Assembly (NCBI GenBank): GCA_965178125.1
Contig: OZ237763.1
Span: 310,001 to 374,000, forward strand
Source of the DNA: Bilabrum cf. latius
Lineage: Eukaryota
Reading direction: 5' to 3'
DNA length: 64,000 bases
This document shows positions 27,301-39,751 of the stretch, one piece after another (the first letter of the stretch is position 1; every line of letters begins with the position of its first letter). The notes under the pieces were generated by a model. That model was not told the origin of the DNA. It ran no database searches and worked only from the letters and a program-made list of their open reading frames with translations. The position numbers and the translations under genes were made by a program.

Positions 27301-30300
27301 GATCGTCCGGTCGGAGGTATGATGGCGATGACGATGATGATGTCAGGGGTCGCAAGCCCTGGGACTATGGGTAGAAGGGCAGGCCAGCCTCTCCCAACAG
27401 CACGCTGGATTCTGCGTCCGACGTCGGCATGGGCGCGGATGATCGCCTTAGGAACCGCGGGCTGGACGACTCTGGCATCACTGACCCTGACCTCATCGAC
27501 CAGGGCCCGAGGCTGGCAGACCGGCAATCCATGCCGCTCATCGTGACCCGCACCTCAAGGGCCGTGCCCCTCCCCGGACACGCCGACCCGGCCTACCTCA
27601 CCGCTCCCATCATGCCTCGCACTGGCAACACCTTCAAGAGCCAGTACGGGGGCATGCGGCCGATCCCCTACTCGCCCAGCAGGTAGGCCATGGAGGTCGA
27701 CGTGCCCGGTGACGGTGTGCTTACACACGACACGCTGCTGCGGGCCGCCGCTGCCGCCTTTCCACCCAGAGGGATGAGCCTGCCTCGAGCAGCGCGCACG
27801 CTGCTGAACAAGTGCGGATACGCGATGGTGATGGATACTGGGGCTGGGCTGTACGGTGACGAGGGCCCAGGAAGGGAGGGCGGCATGGGAGAGTCAAAGG
27901 GTCCCGAGGAAGGCACCACGCGGGACTTCGGGGTGGGCGACCCTTACGGCTCCGGGTCGAGGGTGCCCGAGCGTGCGATTGAGATCTCTCTGGAAGAGAG
28001 CGACCCGTTGCCCAGGCACAGGATTACCATCCAGCTGGCAGGACTCGTGCTGCCGTCCTTCCTCGGCGATGGCGGCGAGACTGAGGAGGTAGAGGAGTGG
28101 CACGATGGCGAGGATTAGGATGGCAGCGACTGGGAGGATGGCGATGGCGATGACGAGTACGACCGAAAGGGACGGAGGAGCGGCAGCAGGCGACGGCGCC
28201 GCCGCAGGAACGGGGGCAAGGGCGGTGGTAGCGATCGTGAATGGGACGATGACGAGGAGGATGAGGGGGGCGAGGGCGGGTCGCGATCCGGTGGAAGCAG
28301 GAGGGATCGCAAGCGAAGGAGTCGCCGGCGGAGAAGCGGCAGTCGAAGCCGCAGCAGGAGCAGAAGCAGCAGCCGCAGTGATCGAGACCGGCCTCGCCGC
28401 CACCGAAGGGGCTCCAGGAGCGGCAGCGATCGGGACTGGAGCGACGATGACGTTGACCGAAAGGGCGGTAGCCGCAGAGGCCGCAGGCCAAGGCGGGCCA
28501 AGCACGGCTCCACGCGTCAAGTGGCCGTGCGTCGGAAGCGGCGCCGCCAGAGGCAGACCAAGGCAGTATACGCCACGTTCCAGTTCTTCGCGTGCCCGCC
28601 CACTCGGACGGAGCCACTGGTCTGTCTGCCCGCAGACCAGGTGGACGGCAGTACCGGCGCGGATGCTCGCAGGTCAACGGATTTCTCTGGTGGCAGGCGC
28701 CGGGACGACAGGCACCACGACCGGAGAGGGCCAGCTGTCGGTAGGTCCGTTGACTTCCGTGGGACAGGTGGGTTTGCTGCTGCATAGGGCGGGCCTCTGT
28801 ACGGTGTGGGCCAGACTGCTCCAATGCGACCGGCCGAGCGAGGCGCCGGCGGGAGCGTGGGTTATCACGTGCTAGGCAGGCCGGCGGGCTCCCGCGACGC
28901 AAGGGGTGCCCGGGGTCAGGCGGCGGGAGCCGCCGCTCGCCTGCAGGGCCTGTCAAGCGCGGGCAGGAGGGCCTATAGGGACGGAGACAGGCGTAGATGG
29001 GAGCACTCGGGGATCGGAGGGGGTGCTACTGGCCCGTTTGCTGGGCCGCACCCTGGTGAATCAGCGGTCATTGACCCGCAGAGGTACGCGGCCGATGGGC
29101 CCAGGCAGTTCGCTCGGTACCTTGCCGGCTCTGTGGCTCAGGTGGAGCTGTGGGACGCATCGACGCACCTGCCTTTGGGTAGCGCGTTCATCGACTGCAG
29201 CTTGCTTGCGAGGCAGCAGCGCAGGAGGGTAGTGGCGTGCCGCGAGTTCCCAATCTTCTCCACGGCTGCCGCAGCGTTTGCTGCCGCTGGTTCCGCAACC
29301 GCACCCATTGAGTCGGTCATCGCCGGTGGAGAGACGCTGCCTGTCGCGCTCGGCGGCGGTGGAATCGTCGGGTCGCTGCAGGTGCTGCTTTGCAACGAGG
29401 GTCTGCCTCCCGTTGCCAGGCCGGAGAGGGGTGCATCCTCGGCTCTGCGTGCCACGGCTGGCATCGCTGGCACTGGTGTGTCCATCCTCGGGGGTGGCGG
29501 AGGGGCATCCTTTGGCGCCCCACTTGCCGTGTCCGGTCCCAGCCGCACGATGAATCCATCTGCAGCAACGCTGGCTGCATCCCGTGCCGCCAGTGCAAGA
29601 CCAGGAGACCTCCTGCAGCGCGCCCTCGCAGCGACCCGTGCGGCTGGTACGGGGGACCACAAGGCCATGCGGCTGTCGAGGACGAGAACCGTGGCGCGCC
29701 GCATCGGCAGCCGAAAGCAGCCGTCGATGGGCGGCGCAGCAGGAGTTCCCGCCAGCATTGCCATGCAGGGCGGGGCGCTTGCGTCGGGCACGGGCATGGA
29801 TGAGACGGAGCGAGAGTTCGTGGCCCTGCTTCGGGCCAGGAGCGCGGGCCACGGGAGGTCCAGGGGAGGGCGAGGCGGGGGCGAGCCTGAGTGGTGGCAC
29901 GAGTACGCTCTGACCTACGACGAGTCGAGGGCGTTGATGAGGTACCTTGATCCGAAGCACGACGACCAGGTCGCTGTGGATCGGCTCGCCGAAGCTGTGT
30001 TTGGGGCGAGCGGGGCAGAAGTGGGGGCGGCTATGGAGCAGACCCTGAGGCATCAGGACGGGACGCAGGCTGTGGGTGCGCTGCCCTCTGCTTCCATGGA
30101 ACCGCGGGAGGCAGGCGAGGTCGATGAGGCCGTGGCAGATGCCATTTTGGATTTCAGCGGCGGGTACGATGATGTGGGTGCAGGAGATATCCGGCCTGCG
30201 TCGTCTGGCGCAGGTGACGACGGTGATGAGGGCGAGTCATCACCGAGAAAACCACAGGGCATGTACGCTCCCTTCGAGGCGGCAGCTGCCTACGCATCCA

Positions 30301-33300
30301 GGAAGCGGAACGCGAGGCACCACGCGCAGGAAGATGGCGGGACGTGGGCGCCGTCAAGGGATGACCGGTTTGCCCACCACCTGAACGAAGTGCCCAGGCG
30401 GGAGCTCCGCACGGCCGGAATCGAACCCGCGAACGAGCCCTCGCCAATGGAAGTGGGTGCCGCGTTCCTCGCCGATGAGGCCGAAGCAGACTTGAAGGAT
30501 GGCAGGATGACAGTGGGTCGATTCATCCACACTCTTCGCACGAAATGCGCTGCGGCGCTGACGCCCGCCGAGGCTCGCGGGCTGATCGCGAGGCACTGCG
30601 GCATTGCGTCGCGAGAGTCCTCGACCAAGTCCATCCGGGACTACTATCTCACGCCCATCCTGTACAGAGAGGCCATCGAATCGATCCTGCAGGCCGCCAA
30701 GGACGTGCAGCGAGTGAGAGAGAGGCGCATGGACAGAGGTGAGGAGGGAGATGACGAGGGGCGCCGTGGCCGTGGCCGCAAACGAGGCGAGGGGCGGGAG
30801 GCGCGCATGTCTGTCAATGCGGTCATTGCGTGCGGGAAGATCCGCAGGCTGGTGAGAGCCAACCTCGAGGCTCTCCCCGCTGGTGACTCGGACAAAGCGC
30901 TGAAAGCCGCCAAACGACGCGGTGAAGTAGAGGCGCGCAGTAAGTCCGATCGAGACGAGGAGGACGAGGAGCGAGATGAACAGGATAAAGGGAAGAGCAA
31001 GCGTTCCCGACGGTCAGACGGAGGATCTTCCAGCGGAAGCGATTCAGACCGTCGCAAACCACGTGGCAAATCAGGCATTGGGACCCAGGACTCAGTCGAT
31101 GCGGAAGCACTCACTCCGTTTCCCACACGATCCGAACGAGGGCGGCTTCTGGGCCTACTGTAGCAAGCCAGGCCCGACCGCAGGGGCATGCTCTCGTGGA
31201 AAGACGTGCAGGACCAGCTAGAGGGCGGCCTGGGGCTGCGCTTCCCCCTGCGGCGAGACGAGGAGTCCTTCTTGCCCGAGCTGGCCAGCAGGCAGCTGCA
31301 GCGGGCTCGGGCGGCGGATGAGGCCATGCGGGGGCGCATGCGGGGCGGCGAGACCGAGGATAGTCCCCTGGTGGCGCGGGACGGCGATGGCAAGGAGGTG
31401 GTGGTGCGGTCCCGGGGGCCCGTGCCCCGAGGATCGCCCGAGTGGGAGGCCACGGAAGCAGGCAGGCTGGCGGCAGTGTCAGCGTTCCGCGAGGGCAGGA
31501 AGAAGGAGGCATTCGCGAGGCTGCTGGCGGACTCCATCGCGCAGCAGGCCACGCTGCGTCCGTCCTTCGGGCGGGTGTGCCTGCTGGAGATCGAGGTGGC
31601 CAATCCGTACCCACACGACGAGCGCTTCGTGGTGGACGTGCTGGATCCAGCCATGTCAGGCACGCGCCAGTCCTCTCGCAGCCGGCGAGGCCCCCGCAGC
31701 ACGGCCCCAGAGCTGCGGCTGGTGACTGACCCAGAGGAGAAGGCGTACCTGTGGGCCCGGCTGCCGGTGCTGCGGGCGGTGCCGCGGGGCGCTGTGGGGC
31801 CTGGGCTGGAGGAAGGCATGCGCATACCTGCGGCTGCTGGCGGTGGTACTTTCAATGGTGGCATGGGCACTGGCGATGGCTGGACGGTTGGATCCATGAC
31901 GCGGGGCGTGCGTGCCAGTGGGGTGTCCGGTGTGGAGGCGCGACACGGTCCCGGTGCGGCGGTGCCCCCTGGCGTGGTCCCTGGGTCTGGCACTAGCCCA
32001 GGTACCAGTGACCCTGCCTTCACGCCTGACGGGCAGGTGCTGCTGGCCCCGGGCGAGACCATGGTGCTGCCCATGGTGTACCTGTCCTACCGTGACGGGA
32101 CTGTGCGCGGGGGCTCCTCCGTGTACGAGGCCGGCGGTGTGGATGACCGAGACGGGGCTTACAGCTCGGACGAGGAGGGCGGGCACGAGGATGCGGGCCA
32201 TGGAATGGCTGGACGTGGTGCGGGACCAGGTGCCGAGCTGCGGGTCAGGTCCAGCACCAGCCGAGCCATCCGGGCCATGGACCGGGACCAGCGATCGGGC
32301 AAGGCGTCCAGATCGCGCGCGGAGCAGCGGCGGCGTGGCGGCGGCATCGCGCGCCGCACCATCGACGTGCGAGTCATGTCGGTGACGCACGGGCGGTGCG
32401 TGTGCCAGACTGGGGTCCGCATCAAGCCCAGGCCGTTCGCGGTGCATCGCGTGATGCGATACTTTCACCCGTCGGAGCAGATGCTGCGGGTGTTCCTGCC
32501 CGTGCCTGGGAATGCGGGTGCTTAGGGCGAGTGGTAGGACGGCATGGGGGACAGCAGGGGCGCGCTGCGGCAGGCCGCGCTGGATCGGGACGCGATGAGG
32601 ATGGGGCCCGGGGGCATGGTGGGTCTGATGGGTATGGGCGGGGGCCTGGATGTCTGCTTCGCGCACTGCCCTCACCCGGCCGTGTCGGCCGAGGTGGCGC
32701 CATGGACGGGCGATACAGATGGTCAGTCGGGATGGACTCGAGGCGAGGATCATCGTCACCATGGCGCACCATCAGGGCCAGGACCAGCCCCTGCCGTGTC
32801 GGAGCTGCGCCTGCGCACGCGCGCGCCCGCCTTCCCCGAGGCCATGCAGGCCCACGTGGTGCTGTACAGCGACCCCTACTGCGCCCACGTGCGCGAGGTC
32901 TGGCGCGTGGTGGTGCATGGGGTGCAGCACCTGCACCTGGCCGCGCCCGTGGGAGGGTCCAGTCGAGCCGAGATCGTGGTGCGCGGGGACCGCATCAGTC
33001 GCCGGTGCGTGGTGCAGGCTGACGATCCCAGCGAGGTGGGCTTCGACGTGCCTGCCGCCCGGCCCTTTGGACTCGTGTCGGGCGCGTACAACCGCATCCG
33101 CACGAGCTTCGCGCCGCTGCAGCCGGGCCGCCGGACGGCCTTGGTGTCCGTGGCGGACGCGGACACGGCAGAGCTCATGGGGCTGTGGAGGCTCACGCTG
33201 CAGGCGGACGCGCCGGCCGTGGGCCAGACGTACACGGTGCCGGTGCTGGTGGGGCAGACGGTGGGCAAGCGCGTGACGTACACCAACACGTGGCCCACGG

Positions 33301-33656
33301 AGCGCAGGTTCAAGGTGCGGTCCAGCCGGCCTGACGTGGTGGACGTGCGGCCCGACTCGGTGGAGCTGGCCCTGCAGCCGGGCGAGACTGCCTTCATCCG
33401 CGTATCGGTGAAGTCGTACGGGGGCCCTAGCGCGGGCGATCCCAGCCCGAGCGCTCTGATGGCGGCGTCTGGGCTGTCCGGGAGGGAGCGTGTGGAGCTG
33501 GCCCGCAGCCTCGTGTCGAGCCTGCCGCCCGAGTTGGCTGTGGGCGAGGATGAGCTGCGGCTGGTGGGTGCGCGGGAAGCGCTGGTGTTTGTGGATGACG
33601 CGGAGGGCGGAGGGAACGTGGAGGTGCTGGGGGTACGGGTGGTGTACTGCGAGTGA
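24326..33656 (+). CDS. NPHP4: Nephrocystin-4 (ciliary transition-zone protein), ~3,030 aa, exons 24326-24500, 24605-25087, 25219-33656
   Basis: Conserved NPHP4 blocks occur in order: YRIHLFDKATGVFFGRTF, LLQGTPRAL, KAVYATFQFFACPPTRTEPL, FARYLA...VELWDASTHLPLGSA...LARQ, EIEVANPY, KRVTYTNTWPTERRFKVRSSRPDVV, EALVFVDDAEGGGNVEVLGVRVVY. Introns 24501-24604 and 25088-25218 are GT-AG and frame-consistent. There are 14 in-frame TAGs, and the stop codon is TGA at 33654-33656. Confidence 0.9.
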
Positions 33657-33862
33657 GCTTGGCCCAATATTTGTGTGTGTACCTCTCGTTCTGGACGTTC
33701 CAGATGGTTAGTCAGAGCATATAGCTGAACAACAAGTACGGTGACACTATCTCAAGACCCCTTCATCTTGTCCTTGCCCACCACCGGCCACACCAACTGT
33801 AGCGGATTCCATTGTACAGGTACTTTGAGGAGGCTCAGGCCCTCTTTTAAGTACAAAATGAT

Positions 33863-36800
33863 TCATGAGGAGGACACAGCAAGTCGATCGCACAGAGCCA
33901 TCATAGTCTTGACCACTGAAAGAGAATCAGGGTGCTGCTTGCCCAGCGCGGTCTCCCGGATCTGCATGCATTGCCCGTACAGCTCCAGGGCCTCGCCGTA
34001 CTGGCCCTGGTTATAGTAACACCCAGCCATGCTATACAGGGTATCCCCGTACACAGGATGCTGCTTGCCCAGCGCGGTCTCCCGGATCTGCATGCATTGC
34101 CCGTACAGCTCCAGGGCCTCGCCGTACTGGCCCTGGTTATAGTAACACCCAGCCATGCTATACAGGGTATCCCCGTACACAGGATGCTGCTTGCCCAGCG
34201 CGGTCTCCCGGATCTGCCTGCATTGCCCGTACAGCTCCAGGGCCTCGCCATACTGGCCCTGGGCATGTAGGCATGACGCCATACCGTGCAGCGTGGCGGC
34301 ATACTCGCGATGCTGCTTGCCCAGCGCGGTCTCCCGGATCTGCATGCATTGCCCGTACAGCTCCAGGGCCTCGCCGTACTGGCCCTGGTTATAGTAACAC
34401 CCAGCCATGCTATACAGGGTATCCCCGTACACAGGATGCTGCTTGCCCAGCGCGGTCTCCCGGATCTGCCTGCATTGCCCGTACAGCTCCAGGGCCTCGC
34501 CATACTGGCCCTGGGCATGTAGGCATGACGCCATACCGTGCAGCGTGGCGGCATACTCGCGATGCTGCTTGCCCAGCGCGGTCTCCCGGATCTGCATGCA
34601 TTGCCCGTACAGCTCCAGGGCCTCGCCGTACTGTTTCTGGTTAGTAACACCCAGCCATGCTATACAGGGTATCCCCGTACACAGGATGCTGCTTGCCCAG
34701 CGCGGTCTCCCGGATCTGCCTGCATTGTCCGTACAGCTCCAGGGCCTCGCCATACTGGCCCTGGTTATAGTAACACCCAGCCATGCTATACAGGGTATCC
34801 CCGTACACAGGATGCTGCTTGCCCAGCGCGGTCTCCCGGATCTGCCTGCATTGCCCGTACAGCTCCAGGGCCTCGCCGTACTTGCCCTGGTTATAGTAAC
34901 ACCCAGCCATGCTATACAGGGTATCCCCGTACACAGGATGCTGCTTGCCCAGCGCGGTCTCCCGGATCCGCATGCATTGTCCGTACAGCTCCAGGGCCTC
35001 GCCGTACTGTTTCTGGTTATAGTAACACCCAGCCATGCTATACAGGGTATCCCCGTACACAGGATGCTGCTTGCCCAGCGCGGTCTCCCGGATCTGCTTG
35101 CATTGCCCGTACAGTCCCAGGGCCTCGCTGTACCGTGCCAGTGATCGTAAACATCCAGCCACGTTGCACAGGGTAGTGGCGTAAACCGGATGCTGCTTGC
35201 CCAGCGCATTCGCTAGAATCTGCCTGCATTGCTCGAACAGCTCCATGGCCATATCAGTCTTGCCTTGCTCCGATAGACATAAGGCCATGTTGTGCAGTGC
35301 GACTGCGTAGTCCGGATGCTGCTTGCCTAGCGCGATCTCCCGGATCTGCTTGCATTGCCCGTACAGTCCCAGGGCCTCGCTGTACCGTGCCAGTGATCGT
35401 AAACATCCAGCCACGTTGCACAGGGTAGTGGCGTAGTCCGGATGCTGCTTGCCCAGCGCATTCGCTAGAATCTGCCTGCATTGCTCGGACAGCTCCAGGG
35501 CCTCGCCATACTAGCCCTACGAGTGAAGGCACCCCGCCATGTTGCCAATTGTGGCGGCATAGTCCGGATGCTGCTTGCCCAGCGCGGTCTTCTCGATACG
35601 CCTGCATTGCTCGTACAGCTCCATGGCCTAGTCGTAAAGAGCCTAGAATTGAAGACAGACGGCTAATCGTTTCAGGGGGGGGGCGAAGCCCGTTTGCCCT
35701 GCTTTTGAACGACGCCCAGCAAGTAAGGCCACAGCAAATTGGGTAGATAAAGAAGACGTTGCTCTATAGATTTGCTGTAGCCCCGCAGATCGTCCTGCAA
35801 GCTAGTGCAAAGCGTCCACAGCCTTGAGTTGCCCTGCGCCATGAACTCTTTGCATGTGTCCTAAACTCCGCACTAACGAATGAGCGGCTCTGTCTGGACT
35901 CATCGCATGTATACCACCAAGTCTTGCTGCTTCAGTACCAGCACAATTAGCAGCAGAAAGTTTCAGATGGCAATCCAATTCCAGTGAACACTGTCTGTAT
36001 TGGGCTAAATCGACGACCTTCGACGCCCCAGTTGTCGAATACAAGCATGCTAGTCGCTACAGTCGGTTCGCCCAAGACCGAGTCGAGCTGATGAGGACAG
36101 CCTGATCAGTTCGATCAGCCCTCTCTCCACCAACTTGCCGAGGCATATCGCTTTCATACAGTGTGGCACCAATAACGTACGACAACTCACGTTCGTCATC
36201 TAGCTGATCCAATAGCAGACGCACATGTCTGAGACCCAGCCCAAACGAGTGCATCAGCCGCTTCAGCACTCGACGATGCACCACTGAATTCGCCTACACA
36301 TCCACGTCCTCAGTCAAACACACCTCGACCGCCAGTTCGTCTCGATACTGACCCAAAACTCCCGAGCGTGCCTATGCGTAAAGTTTCCCGATGTCTTTCC
36401 TCGCTTTTGACATAGCCCCTGCATCCCCTGCCATGATCAGGTCAGGGCTCAGGCCCTCGAATGCATCTTCACCTTCCAGCTCTCGCATCCGATGCGCGGC
36501 CTCGGGAGGCAGCAGGCACGTCATGGCCGCAGTGCCAGAGTAGTACCACTGTGGACATGCCACGATTGCCACCAAGACCACCTGGCCGCTGCTATCCACC
36601 GCGTTGGCACTGATACAGCCTGTATCCACATGGCGCTGCATCCTGTCTGTCTGGAAAGTGGCAGTGGCGATCATATGAGTTGAGCAACACCATCGCTGTA
36701 GACTAGCCTGCACCAGTGCAAAGGACGCCCTACGCTCGTCGGCTATCATGCAGAACGAATCAAGCTGCCCAAAGTGCACCGCCGACATGTGGTCAGACTC

Positions 36801-38747
36801 CAGTTTTGATACCCTAAGATCGATCGCCCATACCCGCGGCTTGGCCTCATCCGACTCCATCCAATCCATCCACACCACATCCGGGATCAGCAGCCGGTGC
36901 GTGTCCAGCACCATGCGCTCCCCGCTCGCCAGCTGATGCACCTCCACGTCAAACGGAAGGTGCAGAATGTGGTGCATAGCAGCTGATCGCTCGCATACGT
37001 GTTCCACCGCAGGTAATTGCTTCCTGTAGTCGAGATTCACGCCTATACTCTCGATAGCAGCGTATACAGCCTTGGCCAGCTTCTGCTCCTGCGGTGTGAG
37101 CCTTTTCTCGTCCTCCTCCGTCAGCCGCATGTGGGTGGGATCTAATGAATCTCCGAGGCGCTGCACGGCAGCGGGATCCATGCCCCAATCCTGAAGCATA
37201 TCCAGGAATGTTGAAGTACGGGATGCATCTGACTCTGACTCTGATGAGGCGTTGGAGCTTGGTGCAGCAGTCTGAGTGCTACCAGGCCAAACGGAGGTGA
37301 TATATCTGTGCTGCACCAATCCTGCAACGTTGAGACAATCGTAAGGAGCAATCCCGAAGTGATGGGCCAGAGGCTTCACCACGTCCTCCAGCTGCTCCTC
37401 GTCCCAATGCATGGACACTCCTCCATCCGATGATCCCACTCGCAGTGTCGTCTCCCGGATAGATACACCAAACGCAGCTTCAAACTCCCCTGGACCAGTC
37501 TTGCGCCGATCTTGCTGCTCTGTCTTGGTCCCACCAAACCTCTCTGGACTCCACGGCATGCAACCCCGCACATCCACGCGCGCGAACGCCTGCACTCGTA
37601 TCACATAGTGCCCGCCTCCAGATATACTCACTCGAACATCCACGCACTCAAGCAGAGGCGTCGACACGTGCACGCTGTCCATCACGTGCACCCAACGACT
37701 CGCCGCCGCCTCCCGCTTCGCCGCCTTGGCCGCCATGCGCGTGCTGCCGTAGATGCCCAGGTGGTCGAATGCGAACTTCAGGAACAGGCCCAGGCTCTCA
37801 TGCACAGCCTTGATGCCCCCGGCCATGCCCCCCGCATCGATGAACTTGAGACCCAGGGCCTCCTCAATCTTCGCCTTGTCCCCATCGGTGAAGCCCACAG
37901 GGTCCAGCGACCTGTCCCCGTCCCTCCACAGCATCTCCACCTCGGGGAAGCCCTCCAGCGCCTCGCGCACGTCATGCCTGAAGAGCACCCCGATGCGGTC
38001 TAGCCGTTGCTTGCGTTCCTGCTGCTCGTGCGGCCACAGGGCCACGGTACGCTTGGCGGCCTCGAAGGCGGGCTGTCGGCCTGCGGGACTGGGGGCCTTG
38101 TCATCATCAGCAATATCGGCCTCATCGCCTGCAAACCCAGCTGGTGGCACTGGGCCAAGCGGTATGACCGTGGGGCTGACAGGCTCCGGCTCAATGTATC
38201 CTATCCTCCTACCGGTCCCTGATGCCCCTGCCTCTAGGCTTCTGACACGCACTGCTGCGGCCCCTCCATACCCAACGCTGCTGCTAGGTGGCTTCTTCGA
38301 TCCTTGCGTTTGCCCAACCGATACCGCGCCAGTAGCTGCCGGGGTTGACAAGGTGGAAGCACCTGATGCTGCTATGCTGCCCGTCATAGTTGGCGATGAC
38401 CGTCCTACAGTAGTTGCTGAGTTTCCCTGAGTGTCACCGGCACCACGGTCCGGGCAAGAGAATGCCTGAACGGCTGCACCCGCAGATATCAACTCAAGCT
38501 TGCCTTCATCGCAAGTAAGAGGATATTGCCCGCCCTTTGCTCCGCGGAGGATAGTATTTCCTGACATCCCCTCTTGATCAATACCTTTTCCGTTTGCCAT
38601 AGAACTGTTTGCAGCAATCGGATCTTGTGACAAATGCTCAGGAACTGCAGCACTGATATCCAATGGTCTGGCACTTGCCGTACATGATTTTTCATTCGGG
38701 TCCGTGCTCTCAGACATGGGCTGCTGTCCTGCGATACTCACAACCAT
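33863..38747 (-). CDS. Clu (clustered-mitochondria/CLUH-like) domain protein with C-terminal 42-aa TPR array; 2-bp frameshift at ~34643
   Basis: ORFs 36372, 36057, 35802 and 34641 are in one frame joined by 8 TAGs. Clu-like motifs: GGIKA...LFLKFAFD...IYG...AAKAAKRE, TLRVGSSDGG, DVEVHQLASGERMVLDTHR, LMHSFGLGLRHV. TPR units read GQYGEALELYGQCxQIRETALGKQHPxY. After a 2-nt deletion the repeats continue in another frame to TGA at 33863-33865. Confidence 0.75.
33930..35640 (-). repeat. Tandem 126-bp repeats (~13-14 units) encoding 42-aa TPR motifs
   Basis: The core gctgcttgcccagcgcggtctcccggatctgc recurs every 126 bp. Several unit types are near-identical at DNA level (YGDTLYSMAGCYYNQ, YAATLHGMASCLHAQ, YATTLCNVAGCLRSL). 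Confidence 0.95.
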
Positions 38748-39751
38748 TCAATCCAAAGATAACGTGTGACATCAAGAAAGTTCGGTATGCCGCACGCAAG
38801 CACTGTCTTCAACCAGCAGCAGACTTAAAACCGCCATGCTAATCACAACGAATCACATTAATTTCGTCTCACCGGATTGCTTCAGCCAAGAATGAGACAG
38901 AAGACCGCAGCAGCAGCGACGCAGCCGCCGCGGCAAACTCACACTAACCGGAACTGCACGTCACAGACCATTATACAGACCGTCGATTGGTCGCTAGTCT
39001 AGGTCGCCGATAGGTTTTGTGGTGTGGGATTATCTCAATACGTTATTTACGGAGTGTTGTCGCCAGCTAGAGGGTGACCTGGGGCTGCGCTCCCCTCAAT
39101 TAATGTGCTCAGTCGAAAGCTCGGTGGCCTCCGCAGCGCACCAGTTAAGGTCTTCACGGTGTACGTGTTCGATCTGGCAGTGGCCAGCGCAGCTCTGGAG
39201 CTGCTTCAGCTGGTGCCGGTTCCTTGCATGAGGGGCGTGCACCTCTAAGGCTGAGGTTGCGCGCTGGGCGCAGCGCTTGAGCGAGTCTACAAGTCGTGCA
39301 GCATAGATCTAGCACGATTGAGGTGAAGGAAAATAGGAGAATGGGGTAGTTGGAATGGAGGAAAAGTGGCCAATGTGGACGAGGCGGATGAAGCGGGAGG
39401 CACATGCAGGGCAGGAATGTGGGGGGCGGTGGGGCCCCGATGGTTTCCGGGTTACGATGGGAGGTAGGGCTCCGTAGGAGAGGTGACAATCCCCCCCAGC
39501 CAGATGCCGTCATCGGAAGGATCGGCAGTCACAGATAAGCAGGACGCGGCGCTACAGCCGCAGGCGACAAGAAAGCGAGTGGAGCACTCTGATTTATTTT
39601 TGCGAAACGAGAAGTGCTGTGTACAGTGTGTGATCTCAGCTCGAGAACAGAAAACTTGGCCCTTGGAAGCCTTTGCTGGGGGCGCTCTGGTTGGCAGTGG
39701 GTGCATAAAAACTTTAAATCTTTGACACACGTCTGATTCATCATGATACGA

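Noticed and set aside
26358-35545. TAG as a target of A-to-I editing (Trp), as pyrrolysine, or as the AG of tiny introns
   Set aside because: Internal alignments put TAG at Gln positions, not Trp or Lys. Flanking sequence is continuous repeat or domain sequence with no room for introns. U-to-C editing cannot be excluded from DNA alone, but it is less parsimonious at about 100 sites.
38748-39751. Search for a suppressor tRNA-Gln(CUA) in intergenic DNA (a gttcga T-loop-like word near 39167)
   Set aside because: No cloverleaf stems or CTA anticodon loop could be formed by eye. tRNAscan-SE would be decisive.
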